Shown: positions 44,246 to 54,367, counted from the first letter of the stretch. The stretch: DNA of 64,000 bases from Nitrosopumilus sp. (GCA_963662625.1 OY759726.1:192001-256000); one strand, 5' to 3'. Translations and numbers: made by a program. The notes: generated from the letters alone by a model not told the origin.

Positions 44246-45253
44246 CTAGAAGCCCTTTGGCAGCTTGCCCTTCGGGCGCCTCGCCGGTTCCGGCTCGGGT
44301 TTGGGATCGAATCCCTTTGGCAGCTTGCCCCGTTTCGATCCGGCGCTGGCCGCGGATCCCGCGCGCGCCTCCTCGGCCAGGGCTTGCTGGCGATCTTGCT
44401 CGCGCTGCGCCCTGTCCTGTTCCAGCCTCTGCAGGTACTCCCTTTCGTAGTTGTCGAGCTCGTCCCTCCGCGACCTTCCCTGATCTTGGGATGCCGGGGG
44501 AGGGGATTGCTGGGCCTGGGCTTCGGCTTTTGGCGGCTCTGCCTCGACCTGCGGGGCCGCCTGCTGCAGCGAGGCGCCCTCGACGGTCATCTGGTTGCCG
44601 CTAAACCCCCCGAACGTCTTTGTGGGCGGGCTGTATGCCAGCCGCGCCCGCGTTGCAAAGTACTGGTTGGAGGGCTGCGTATACCCCGGCACCTTGGATT
44701 TTTGCTCGTTCCAGTTTGAAGTCGGCACGTTTCCCACGGGGGCGGTCCTCCGGACAAAGTACCGGTTTGCCGCCGGGGTGTAGCCCGTGACCTTGGCCCG
44801 GTACTGGTGAAAGTCGGTCATGGGAGCGTTCATGTACGCGTTCTCCAAGGCGTCCTGGAAAGTGACCTGCTTTGGCTCCGGCGGCTGGGCCGCCTGCTGT
44901 TCTGCGGGCTTGCTCTCGGCCGGCTTTGCCTTGGGCGCAGGCTTTGTCTCCTTCGGCACCGCCTTGGGCTTGGGCGCGGGCTTTGGCGCCTCCTTCGGCA
45001 CCGCCTTGGGCTTGGGCGCGGGCTTTGGCGCCTCCTTCGGCACCGCCTTGGGCTTGGGCGCGGGCTTTGGCGCCTCCTTCGGCACCGCCTTGGGCTTGGG
45101 CGCGGGCTTGGCCTCTGCCTGCTCCGCCTTTGGTTCCGGTTGCTCGTCTGGCTGCGCCTCAAACTGCGCGGATAATTTGGATAGCTTCGCCTCTAGCTCT
45201 GCAATCTTCACCTCGAGTTCTTTCTTGGTGCTCGCTTTGCGTTTTGTTGCCAT
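44246..45253 (-). CDS. Low-complexity Lys/Pro/Ala-rich protein
   Basis: N-terminal coiled coil, KPAPKPKAVPKEAP repeats, two KV.GYT...N.YF motifs, two GKLPKGF motifs. Confidence 0.85.
   Translation of the reverse strand: MATKRKASTKKELEVKIAELEAKLSKLSAQFEAQPDEQPEPKAEQAEAKPAPKPKAVPKEAPKPAPKPKAVPKEAPKPAPKPKAVPKEAPKPAPKPKAVPKETKPAPKAKPAESKPAEQQAAQPPEPKQVTFQDALENAYMNAPMTDFHQYRAKVTGYTPAANRYFVRRTAPVGNVPTSNWNEQKSKVPGYTQPSNQYFATRARLAYSPPTKTFGGFSGNQMTVEGASLQQAAPQVEAEPPKAEAQAQQSPPPASQDQGRSRRDELDNYEREYLQRLEQDRAQREQDRQQALAEEARAGSAASAGSKRGKLPKGFDPKPEPEPARRPKGKLPKGF
44948..45111. repeat. 42-bp coding tandem repeat, ~4 copies
   Basis: Unit CTCCTTCGGCACCGCCTTGGGCTTGGGCGCGGGCTTTGGCGC. Confidence 0.95.
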
Positions 45254-45477
45254 TCCTCTAGGTAAATTTGCATAGTTTATTTATATTGTGGTCGACCCCG
45301 AAAGGGGCGCGATCAGGCGCGCCGGGCGGCATCCGGCGGCGTTCGGCGCGCCGTGGGGGCGGCACGGGGGGGAAGCGCGTCCTGCACCCCGGGCCACACG
45401 CGCCGAGTCCCGGTTGCGGCGCACGGATCCGTCGGATCGGATCGCGCTCCTGGCGCGCCGGGCGATCCGGGCTACGG

Positions 45478-45669
45478 TCAGTCTGGCTCCCAAAACTGCA
45501 TCAGGAACATGCAGTTGTTGCAGCGCCACAGCCTGACGTGGATCCCGTTGTAGGTGTCGGAGGCGTACCTGCCGTCATCGAGCCTGCGGATCCGGGGCAG
45601 GTAGCTCAGTTCGGGGTTTTCCAGCCACTCGTTCTGCCCGCAGTTCGGGCATTTGACCCTGGGAGGCAT
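45478..45669 (-). CDS. Small zinc-ribbon protein
   Basis: KCPNCG...RCNNC. Confidence 0.75.
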   Translation of the reverse strand: MPPRVKCPNCGQNEWLENPELSYLPRIRRLDDGRYASDTYNGIHVRLWRCNNCMFLMQFWEPD

Positions 45670-45766
45670 GAGTCCAGTACAGGCCATCCGAGAAATAACT
45701 TTACTGCCACGGCCCCGCGCGGGGCCGTGGTTCGAATCTTTTATATGGAAAACGGCGTGGCTTAGC

Positions 45767-46474
45767 ATGATGGCCAACCCGCGCGCGTACCTTGCCGAGG
45801 CGATAGCCACGTACGGCCTGGTCTTCTTCGGCCCCCTGTCCGTAATCCTGGCAATCGCCTCGTTCGGCGAGGATCTGACCACCCAGTCGGTGCTCTTCAT
45901 AGCCCTCGGCCACGGCGGCGCCATCGCGCTCATGGTCTACGCCTTCGGCCACGTCTCCGGCGCCCACATCAACCCCGCGGTCACCATTCCCATGGTGATC
46001 ACGAGGAGGCTCGGCGTGGCGGACGGCGTGGGCTACATCGCGTCCCAGCTGGTCGGCGCCGTGGCGGCGGCCGCCACCCTGAAGGCGATCCTGCCCGAAC
46101 TGGGGGCCAAGGTGAACTTCGGCACGCAGGGCGGGCCGAGCGATCTGCTCAACAACAGCGCGGGTTCCGGGTTCGCGGTGGAGGCCATCCTGACGTTCTT
46201 CCTCGTCCTGGTAATCTTCATGACGGCCGTGCACAAGAAGGCGTCGCCCGGGTGGCACGGCTTTACCATCGGCGGGATGGTGTTCCTGATCCACCTGGTG
46301 GCGGTGCCGCTCACCGGCGCGTCGGTCAACCCCGCGCGGACGTTCGGCCCCGCCCTGATCTCCGGGTTTTGGGAGTTCCACTGGCTCTACTGGGCGGCCC
46401 CGATCCTGGGCGGGATAATCGCCGGGCTGATAATGAACTACGTCTACGTCAACAGGGCAGAGAAGGAAGCGTAG
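45767..46474 (+). CDS. Aquaporin (MIP family)
   Basis: SGAHINPAVT and GASVNPARTFGP. Confidence 0.95.
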   Translation: MMANPRAYLAEAIATYGLVFFGPLSVILAIASFGEDLTTQSVLFIALGHGGAIALMVYAFGHVSGAHINPAVTIPMVITRRLGVADGVGYIASQLVGAVAAAATLKAILPELGAKVNFGTQGGPSDLLNNSAGSGFAVEAILTFFLVLVIFMTAVHKKASPGWHGFTIGGMVFLIHLVAVPLTGASVNPARTFGPALISGFWEFHWLYWAAPILGGIIAGLIMNYVYVNRAEKEA

Positions 46475-46512
46475 ACCCCAACGTTTTTAAAAATTCGCGG
46501 CGCCCTTGCACC

Positions 46513-46950
46513 ATGTGCCCCCCGGACGGCGTCGCCGAACTGTTCATGATCGAGTCCGGGAGACTGGCCGGCGCGGTGGAGGCCGCCGCGTCCCGGGAGC
46601 TGTCAGTCGCGGAGATAGCCGAGACGTACCACCTGGTCATGAACGTCTCGGCCATGATCACCGCGCTCGGGGGGCGGGACGCCGCCGCGGGCCCCGGGCC
46701 CCTGCAGGAGAGGATCGCGGAGGCCGGGAAGGCGATCGACGGGTTCAACGCGGCGGCGCATCCCAGGATCCTGGCGGGCCTCGCCGCGTCGGTCGAGGAG
46801 GCCGCGGAGGCCCTCCGGGCCGGCTCGGATCCCGGGACGCCGCCCGGCGGGGATGGCGGCACGGCCGACGCGTACGAGGAGCTCAGGCAGATGATGAGCG
46901 CCAGGGAGTTCGTGGAGCAGTATGACAGTGGGCTGGCCGGCGATCCGTGA
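46513..46950 (+). CDS. Hypothetical helical protein
   Basis: TTTTTAAAA box upstream; coding-like composition. Confidence 0.65.
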   Translation: MCPPDGVAELFMIESGRLAGAVEAAASRELSVAEIAETYHLVMNVSAMITALGGRDAAAGPGPLQERIAEAGKAIDGFNAAAHPRILAGLAASVEEAAEALRAGSDPGTPPGGDGGTADAYEELRQMMSAREFVEQYDSGLAGDP

Positions 46951-46951
46951 G

Positions 46952-47773
46952 ATGGCCGCCTGCCTGGCGGTCCTGAAGAGCGAGTTCCAGGCGTCGTACG
47001 CCGGGAAGAGCCACGTGCGGGAGGTGATCCCGGAGGCGCCGTCCGGATCGTTCCCCGCGGGGCGGCGCCACTTGGAACTGCTGCACGAGTTTGCCCGGAG
47101 GAACCCGATATACAGAGCCTCCCGCCGCGTGACGGTCGGCGGCGTGCCGTGCGTGGCCTACGAGGGCGACGCCAACAGGTACTGGCTCGGCAGCATCGGC
47201 CACGCGGCCAGCCGCGCGCCGTTTTCCCCCACGTGGGTGGCGTCGGCGTACGTGCTGTCGCTGCTTGCCCGGGAACACGGGTTCGGCCAGGTGGTGGACG
47301 TCGGCTCGGGCGACGGGCGGATCGCGTTCTGCGCCGGGATCCTCGGCATGGGGTCCTTCAGCATCGAGATCGACGGCGCCTTGGCCGGGCTCCAGGAGCG
47401 GCTGTCCGGGGTCGCGGGCTTTGAGACGCACTGCGCCGACGCGGCGGCGTTTGACTACTCGTCGCTGCCCCTGGAGAGCCCCGCCTTCGCCATAGGCGGC
47501 ATCGCCCAGATGGGCGGGGCATCCCTGGCAAGGGGGGTCATGGGGCGGGTGTCCTCCGGCCGCGGGCTCGGCAGGCACGGGTGGGTGCTTACCGGGACGA
47601 ACCTGCAGAAATACCCCCCGGATCCCAGGGGGGCCGCCGGGTGGGGCACCATGATCGAGGAGTGCGGCATGAGGGTCCTGCGGACGGTGTCGCTGCCCAC
47701 CGCCTGGACGCTCGGCGAGCCCGACGGGACGCCGTACGTCCTCGCCGAGTCCGCGAATAGCAATCCAAATTAA
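46952..47773 (+). CDS. Class I SAM-dependent methyltransferase-like protein
   Basis: VVDVGSGDGRI...SIEID; start uncertain. Confidence 0.7.
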   Translation: MAACLAVLKSEFQASYAGKSHVREVIPEAPSGSFPAGRRHLELLHEFARRNPIYRASRRVTVGGVPCVAYEGDANRYWLGSIGHAASRAPFSPTWVASAYVLSLLAREHGFGQVVDVGSGDGRIAFCAGILGMGSFSIEIDGALAGLQERLSGVAGFETHCADAAAFDYSSLPLESPAFAIGGIAQMGGASLARGVMGRVSSGRGLGRHGWVLTGTNLQKYPPDPRGAAGWGTMIEECGMRVLRTVSLPTAWTLGEPDGTPYVLAESANSNPN

Positions 47774-47795
47774 GCCAAGGCGCCCAACCGTCCTT

Positions 47796-47870
47796 GGACT
47801 CGTTGCATAGCTTGGATAGTGCGAACGCTTGCGGAGCGTTAGGTCGCCGGTTCGAATCCGGTCGGGTCCG
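47796..47870 (+). tRNA. tRNA-Arg(GCG)
   Basis: Acceptor GGACTCG/CGGGTCC, anticodon arm AACGC-TTGCGGA-GCGTT, T-arm GCCGG-TTCGAAT-CCGGT; no encoded CCA. Confidence 0.95.
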
Positions 47871-47910
47871 TTTCCCCCGCCGGCGCGGGCCGCCACCCGG
47901 CCGCCGGGGA

Positions 47911-48376
47911 GCGCGGCCGCCTTGCCGGCGTCCAACTTCCAGAGAACCCCCGGGCCCATGGTGACGATCATTGAAAATTTCCCCAGATGGAACGGTACGG
48001 GATCTTGCAGGCATCCACCCCGATCGGGCACGTCCTGAAACACTCCGAGACAGCGCTTCAAACCATCCGGCATCCCGCAGTGCCCGGGCGTGGCCTGCCA
48101 GTGCCTTGCCTCCCTCCACACGGCCCCCGCCGCGCCGGGCTTCGGCGTGGCGGTGGGAAGGCACGGCGCCCCGGTCTCTCGGTGATCCCGCAGGCATTCC
48201 CCCGCGCCCGCCGTCCCGTGCTGCCCCGCGTTGCCCGTTGTCACCAGCGCGCGCCCCCACTTGCGCCGGATCTCCCGGGGGTACGCCAGGAAGGTGTCCC
48301 CGCCGGACCTGCCGCACGGCCGCATCAGCCTCGTCCCGTCGGCCGCGAGGGCGCGCGGCCGCCTTGCCGGCGTCCA
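47911..48376. repeat. 24-bp direct repeat pair
   Basis: GCGCGGCCGCCTTGCCGGCGTCCA at 47911-47934 and 48353-48376. Confidence 0.8.
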
Positions 48377-48424
48377 GATTCCCGGGCGCCCCCTGCCCCG
48401 GCAGCCAGCGTGCCGCGCCCCCCA

Positions 48425-48559
48425 TCACGTTTGGCATGCCCTGCTTCTGCCCAAGTGAGTGCCCCCGCACCTGCACATGGTGCAGATGGCGTAGCTCGTG
48501 TACTTGTCTTCCTCGGTCGGGCCGCCGCAGATTCTGCACGACTGTAGGACCACGATCAC
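48425..48559 (-). CDS. Small Cys-rich protein
   Basis: CRICGG...CTMCRC; GTGA overlap. Confidence 0.4.
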   Translation of the reverse strand: MIVVLQSCRICGGPTEEDKYTSYAICTMCRCGGTHLGRSRACQT

Positions 48560-48738
48560 ACGCCCTGCCACGTCTTCTGCTTGTGTTCTATAACCCACTG
48601 TTTTGCCATTGGGAGCAGCTTGTCGACATCCACGTTTTTTGACTTGAGCGTTATCGCAAAATTGTTGTTGTGTGTTGAAGACGAGTCGTTTATTTCAAGC
48701 CTGATCTCATTTACGCTCGCGTCGCCGCTCTCTTTCAT
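48556..48738 (-). CDS. Small low-GC hypothetical protein
   Basis: MKESGDASVNEIRLEI...; AT-richer codons. Confidence 0.5.
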   Translation of the reverse strand: MKESGDASVNEIRLEINDSSSTHNNNFAITLKSKNVDVDKLLPMAKQWVIEHKQKTWQGV

Positions 48739-50251
48739 TCCCCCTCCAAGGGTGCCTTTGTTGGTATTCAAGGGCCCCCTCCGGAATCGTGGCCCCTCCC
48801 CGTCCTGCCGGCACGCGCCGCGTCTTGCTCTTCCCCTTCCGGCGCCGGGGCCCCCGCGGTGCCCGACCCGCCGCGTACGAAGACGGCCGCGTCCTTCGGC
48901 GAACCTGCCCTTGGGAGCCCCGGCCCCCGGCCGCGGGCCCCGGTTCCGGGCGGAAGGCACTGCCCCGCCGCTGCAGAGTCCCCGGCCGCGTCGCTTGCAA
49001 GTTCACGGTACGGGTAAAAAGAGGCCAGCGTCATCGCCCCTCCCCCATCCCGCAGGGCGGCGTTGCTTTCGTACGGCATTCCAGTGAACGCGGGTTGCGC
49101 GACCGTGTCCGCGGCGGCGATTCCGCCTCCCGTCGCCGCAACCGGTGGTTTGTTATTCATATATGCTTCCTTTCCTAATAATAATTAGGAATAAGAATAA
49201 TATAAACTAATAGTATTTATTATAGATTTAATTATTATTAATAACCAGCACGTCTGAGGCGCCAAGACTGCCAAAATCCAACGGCCTTGGGCCGCGCGCG
49301 GCGCCATGCCACCTATTGGTGGCGGCAAGCACCAGATACAAAAGGATCAGTCCCTGCCGTAGGCTGGCGATCTCCCACCGCCAAGAGATGATCCCTTGCT
49401 GGCTGGCGGCCTTGCAGATCAGCCGGTGCGGGCGTCCAGGCCAATATGCAAGGCACCGCTTGAACCTGCCCCGCTTCGGGACGCCCGCGTCTGAGGGGTT
49501 TTCAGGTTTTGGAAGGCACGGGATGTCCTCACCTACGCGATTCTGCGGACGGAATGAAAGTTTTTCGTAGCTGCTGACAAAAAGGCGGGTCCTCCCCACG
49601 CGCCACAAAGTCATTCAGGCCTGCGGAGATCATCTGTTAGCGCTTCCGGGGTTCCAAACGGTTTTGGTCTGTCCTTTCCAGACTCGCGCTGTTCTGTCGC
49701 ATGCTCCTAGTTTGGCCACGGGCCGCATCCCGCGCGCTGCCCTGTTTCTTGCATGCGTTGCAATGCCCCCAATGGTTTTGAAATTGTTGGGCAGGATCCC
49801 CGCCCAATGGCGGGCGACGGGTTCAAAACATTGCAGGGTGCGCGCTCTCTGGCTGGGATGTCTGGCAGTGGCAGGCGCGTTCCGAAGCACGGGACGGTTT
49901 GCCGCACAGGATGCCTCAAATCCGGCCGGGTCCGCCCACGCCGTCGGCGCCAGCCGGCGTCCCGGCAGCCATTCCGGCGACCGGCGGCGCGGTTGCGAGT
50001 CCGTCCGCGCGGGTGGCGTGCCGGCGCGCGGCCGCCCCGTTTCCCGGCCCCCGTGCGGGCAGCGCATCCCGCGCGCCGGGCGGGACGGGCTCGATCAGGC
50101 CGAAACACGGCACGCCCCGCTCGTGGCACGGGGCTGCGACGGCAGAGATCGTGGGCCCCGGGGCCCTCCTCGCGCGCTATGAAAACCCCATTCCCGCCGC
50201 CTGCAGCTCGCGCAGCTATGCTTTTTAGTTCGCGCCCCCGCCACAACTTAC

Positions 50252-51136
50252 TTGGATTACGAGTCGCTTCTCGAGTTCATCCGGAAGAGGATGAGGATGA
50301 CGCACGTCTACCAGCCGCTGATGCTCAAGACGCTGCTCGAGTCCCCCGACGGGAGGGCCACCGTGGAGCAGATTGCTCGCAGTTTCCTGAACGTGGACGG
50401 CCCCCAGATGCAGTACTACAAGAGAATCGTCAAGAGGTGGCCCCACATTACCCTCAGGAAGCACGGCGTCGTCAGCTACGACGGGGGCACGTACACCCTC
50501 CTGCTCGACGGAGCGGTCACCAAGGAGCAGAGGCGATCCCTCATAGGTTGGTGCGAACTGAGGTTGCACGAGTTCATGGACAGGGATCCGCGGATAACGA
50601 GGTTCCGCGAGCTTGACCGGAGGTCCGTGTCCGGGAGCATGAGGTACGACGCGCTGTCAAGATCAAGGGGGGTCTGCGTCGCGTGCGGCGCAAGGTCCAC
50701 CGAGGCGTTCCTCCACGTCGATCACATAGTCCCTCGGTCGATGGGCGGGAAGACCGAGCCGGACAACCTGCAGGCCCTGTGCGACAAGTGCAACCTCCAG
50801 AAGAGGGACCGCGACGACACGGATTTCCTGCTGTGGCACAAGAGGCTCGAGTTCAGGAACCCAAGGTGCGGGTTCTGCAAGAAGCCGGCGGGAGCTGTCT
50901 CAAACGGGATGGCGTACGCGGTCCTGGAACGCCGGGCCGCGGGCGCGCTTGTCGTGCCGAACCGCCACGTGGAGTCATTCATGGACTTGGCGCCGCCGGA
51001 AAAGCAGCTCTGCCTTGCCCTGGTCGACAGGGTCATCGGCGGGATGAGGGGGGACTCCAATCGCGGGCGGTTTCGCGTCGGCGGGCTTGACGGCAGCCAT
51101 GGCGGCCACTGCCGCATAAGCATAACGCCGGAGTAG
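50252..51136 (+). CDS. HNH endonuclease with N-terminal helical domain and degenerate C-terminal HIT-like domain
   Basis: CVACG...HVDHIVP...GG.....NLQALCDKCN..K; CGFC...LVVPNRHV; HIT triad not intact. Confidence 0.8.
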   Translation: MDYESLLEFIRKRMRMTHVYQPLMLKTLLESPDGRATVEQIARSFLNVDGPQMQYYKRIVKRWPHITLRKHGVVSYDGGTYTLLLDGAVTKEQRRSLIGWCELRLHEFMDRDPRITRFRELDRRSVSGSMRYDALSRSRGVCVACGARSTEAFLHVDHIVPRSMGGKTEPDNLQALCDKCNLQKRDRDDTDFLLWHKRLEFRNPRCGFCKKPAGAVSNGMAYAVLERRAAGALVVPNRHVESFMDLAPPEKQLCLALVDRVIGGMRGDSNRGRFRVGGLDGSHGGHCRISITPE

Positions 51137-51328
51137 ATCCTGGCGGTGCCACTGCCCCGGCGCTCCACGCCGCGCGATTCCCTGACGCCGCCGCAGGCGG
51201 GGGGGGCGGACGCCGCGGGGGTTGCCGGGGCCAAATGCGGGGGACCTGCTCCCGCGCGCGGCAGCCGGCAGGACCGCATCCCCGGACCCCCGCAATCAAT
51301 ATTTTATGCCGGTGCCGGAAAACCATGC

Positions 51329-51883
51329 ATGGCGGCCAGGTGCGAGTGGGCAAGGGAAGAGCCCATGATATCCTACCACGACAGCGAGTGGGGCGTCCCG
51401 GAGCACGACGACCGGAGGCTGCTAGAGTTCCTGATCCTCGAGGGCGCCCAGGCCGGCCTGTCCTGGATGACCATCCTCAAACGCAGGGAGGGCTACAGGA
51501 GGGCGTTTTCCAACTTCGACCCCTCGAAGGTGTCCCGGTACGGCCAAAGAGAGGCGGAAAGGCTGGCAGGCGACCCCTCCATAATACGAAACAGGCTGAA
51601 GATAGCGTCTGCCATCAACAACGCCAGGCGGTTTTTGAGGGTGCAGGAGGAGTTCGGATCCTTTGACAGGTACGTCTGGGGCTTTGTGAACCACAGGCCG
51701 CTGAAGAACCGGTTCAGGAGGGCGTCGGACCTGCCCGCGAGCACCCCGCTGTCGGGACGGTTGAGCGCCGACCTCAGGGGGAGGGGGTTCACGTTTGTGG
51801 GCCCCACCATCTGCTATGCGTTCATGCAGGCCACGGGCATGGTGAACGACCACACGACAGACTGTTTTTTGCATCGCATGTGA
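51329..51883 (+). CDS. tag: DNA-3-methyladenine glycosylase I
   Basis: RCEW..YHDSEWG, LEGAQAGLSW, IIRNRLKI, FVGPT, GMVNDH...C. Confidence 0.95.
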   Translation: MAARCEWAREEPMISYHDSEWGVPEHDDRRLLEFLILEGAQAGLSWMTILKRREGYRRAFSNFDPSKVSRYGQREAERLAGDPSIIRNRLKIASAINNARRFLRVQEEFGSFDRYVWGFVNHRPLKNRFRRASDLPASTPLSGRLSADLRGRGFTFVGPTICYAFMQATGMVNDHTTDCFLHRM

Positions 51884-52179
51884 CCTCCGGGCGGTCATCG
51901 CGTGCTCATGCGCGGAAATGGCGCCAAAAGCGCGGCACCTGCTTGGTTTTCCTGCGTTGTGCCGGGCGTCCCGGGTTCAAGCCGCCTGGGCGGGCCATTC
52001 GGGCTGTTCGAGAGCCGGCCTCGTTGCGCCGGGGGCTTTGGGGCCCGATGTGGGGGATCCAGGATCCGGGCACCGGCGTCTGGCACGCCGTTCCCCGCGC
52101 GCGCCGGCGCCCGCGTCACTGGGCAGGCGCCAGGCCGACATCCATGGTGACGGAGGATCCGGGCAGGGGCCGAACGCGG

Positions 52180-53030
52180 TGAGCGCGCCCGCGGTGCCCG
52201 ATGACGGGCCTGCCGGCGACGTCGCCGCGGCGTACCCCTCCGGCACCGCCACCTGCGCCAGGAAGCCGGCCGGGGTTATGCCGGCCTTGCTTGCCGTGCC
52301 GTCCTGGCCGTCGGTCACGGAGTCCAGCTCGCCGGCGGAGTACGCGTACACGGTTACCGTCGCGCCCGGTATGGCCGGCTCGCCCCCGCCAATCCTGCCG
52401 TTGGCGTTGGGGTCGGCGTGCGCGGTGACGTCGGGCGTCACGGCCTCCGACGGTTGTACGGGGCGGCACCTTCGAACATGCCGGACATGTCAGTGGCAGA
52501 CTAGACGTCCCAGGCGTCCAGGGGCTGGTTGAAGGAGGCGGCATTCGAGAACGCGCAGGACGTGCCGGTCACGGAGGAAGCGTCCCAGGAGCCGAGGGGC
52601 TGGTCGAAGGAGGCGGCGCCCTCGAACATGCCGGACATGTCCGTCGCGCCCGACACGCCCCAGGAGGAGATGCCGCCGTCGGAGTCGTGGAACATGCATC
52701 CAAGGCAGGTCACGCCTGACAGGTCCGGGGCGCCAGTTGCCCTGTACTCCATTCCGGACGCGCCGCTGAACGCGTGCTCCACCGTGGTCCACCATGCGGC
52801 GCCCCACCGGTCTATCGAGCGCAGATTGGCGGCGTTCACTGGATCCCCGCCCATGCAGATCCGGGCAAGGCCGCCCGTTACCTTCACGGTGTAAATCCCG
52901 GGGGGCCGCACTCGTGCGCGGCGTCGCCCGAATGCGTGGCGCTGCTGCCGTCGCCCCAGTCCACCGCGTAGGCGCCCCCGACTGGGGTTGTCATCGACTC
53001 GGCGGCGGCGGAGGTCTCCCAGGCGGTCAC
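52180..53030 (-). pseudogene. DUF285/BspA-like surface protein remnant with PKD-like and SdrD-B-like pieces
   Basis: MSGMFEGAASFDQPLGSWD repeats, in-frame TAG at 52501-52503, frameshifts; DPNANG....GEP.IPGATV. Confidence 0.75.
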
Positions 53031-53279
53031 GAACGGGCCCGGCGCGGCGGACTAGCCGTGTGCAGGGTCGGCGCTGCCTGCGACCGCCGCGCACGCGGCA
53101 GCGGCCACGACGCACAGGGCGGCGCGCGGCACTCCTGGGCGGGTTCCCACCGAGTCTTGCTACGGCCGTGTTGCATTGATTGGTGCGCGCGCACGCGGGC
53201 CGGCGGCGGGATCATGGGGCACCCCGCTTGGCCGAAAGCATCGAAACCGTTTTAATGGACGCGGGGCATCCAGAATCAA

Positions 53280-53789
53280 ATGAGGCTGTCCGCCAAGGTG
53301 AAGAGATCCCTCGACAAGCAGATCGAGCTGGAGGCCGCCGCGTCGCAGTCGTACCTCGCAATGGCGTCGTGGTGCGAGGTAACCGGCTACGAGGGAGCGG
53401 CGGGCTACTTTTACGCCCAGTCCGACGAGGAGCGCGCCCACATGCTCAAGATAGTCCGCTACCTCAACGGCATGGGCCATCCCGCGACGGTCCCGCCCCT
53501 GAAATCGCCGCCCTCCTCCTACAAGTCGCTCGAGGAGGTTGTCTCCAGGGCGCTGAAAGGCGAGCAGGCCGTCACCAAGGCCATCCACGCCATGGCGGAT
53601 CTCGCGCAGAAGGAGAGGGACTATTCCACGTACGCGTTCCTGGAGTGGTTCGTCAACGAGCAGGTGCAGGAGGAGACAAAGTTCGAGGCGATCCTGCAAA
53701 AGTTCGACACCATAGGCAGGGACAGCCTGGCGGTAAACGAGATCGACAAGTACTTGGGCTCCCAGCCGGCCGAACCGGCCCAGGAGTGA
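53280..53789 (+). CDS. ftnA: Ferritin
   Basis: QIELE...YLAMASW, EERAHM, FLEWFVNEQVQEE. Confidence 0.95.
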   Translation: MRLSAKVKRSLDKQIELEAAASQSYLAMASWCEVTGYEGAAGYFYAQSDEERAHMLKIVRYLNGMGHPATVPPLKSPPSSYKSLEEVVSRALKGEQAVTKAIHAMADLAQKERDYSTYAFLEWFVNEQVQEETKFEAILQKFDTIGRDSLAVNEIDKYLGSQPAEPAQE

Positions 53790-53848
53790 CCCGGCCCGCG
53801 TTCCCGCGACCGCCCCGCGGGACAATTATAATTACGCGCCGATCCCAT

Positions 53849-54007
53849 ATGGTACCGTTGGCAGGCATAAGGGACGTCGCGAGGTTCTTCTCGTTCGTGG
53901 CAGGCGGCATAGTAGCGATCATCGTGGGATCCTTCATGATCCGCGGCACCATGCACATGTGGGACAACCCCGACGCCGACGATCCCGACGCCGAAAACAA
54001 TGACTAA
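53849..54007 (+). CDS. Small membrane protein
   Basis: One TM segment, acidic tail, ATTATAAT box upstream. Confidence 0.6.
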   Translation: MVPLAGIRDVARFFSFVAGGIVAIIVGSFMIRGTMHMWDNPDADDPDAENND

Positions 54008-54033
54008 AAAGCGGGGGGCTGGCATGCCCAGCC

Positions 54034-54336
54034 ATGTCGCGCGAGGCCGCCCTGCGCAGGTCCCTGGAGGGATACGTAAGGAACCGCATCAGGGAGATCC
54101 CCGCCGAGGTATCCCAGGCGTTCCCCGGCGCGGCCAGGGTCTGGAAGTGCTCGGACGAGGCCGACTTCCTCTACGGGTACTACGTGGGAAAGATCGAGGA
54201 GGGCGCCCTGCGCTACCTGCTGAAGGCCACCAGGGCGTCCGCGGGCGGGTTTGTAGACTCTTTTGAGATCCGCGGGATCATCGAGTCCCAGAGGGGGGCC
54301 CTGGTGGACGCGGTCAGGAAGGCCCTGTCTCAGTGA
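54034..54336 (+). CDS. Hypothetical protein
   Basis: Coding-like composition; DFLYGYYVGKIEEG. Confidence 0.75.
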   Translation: MSREAALRRSLEGYVRNRIREIPAEVSQAFPGAARVWKCSDEADFLYGYYVGKIEEGALRYLLKATRASAGGFVDSFEIRGIIESQRGALVDAVRKALSQ

Positions 54337-54367
54337 AGTAAAAATACCGGCGCGCCGCACCCGTAGC

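Noticed and set aside
44948-45111. CRISPR array
   Set aside because: Head-to-tail in-frame coding repeats without spacers; no repeat-spacer array or cas genes anywhere in the window.
45707-45738. tRNA fragment or att site (GGTTCGAATC)
   Set aside because: It is part of a CCACGGCCCC-GCGC-GGGGCCGTGG hairpin abutting the aquaporin TATA box; no T-stem or acceptor match to the tRNA-Arg.
49250-49620. IS5-like transposase remnant (HIGLDARTG in one minus frame)
   Set aside because: A single short motif followed by a stop; no other DDE motifs or terminal repeats.
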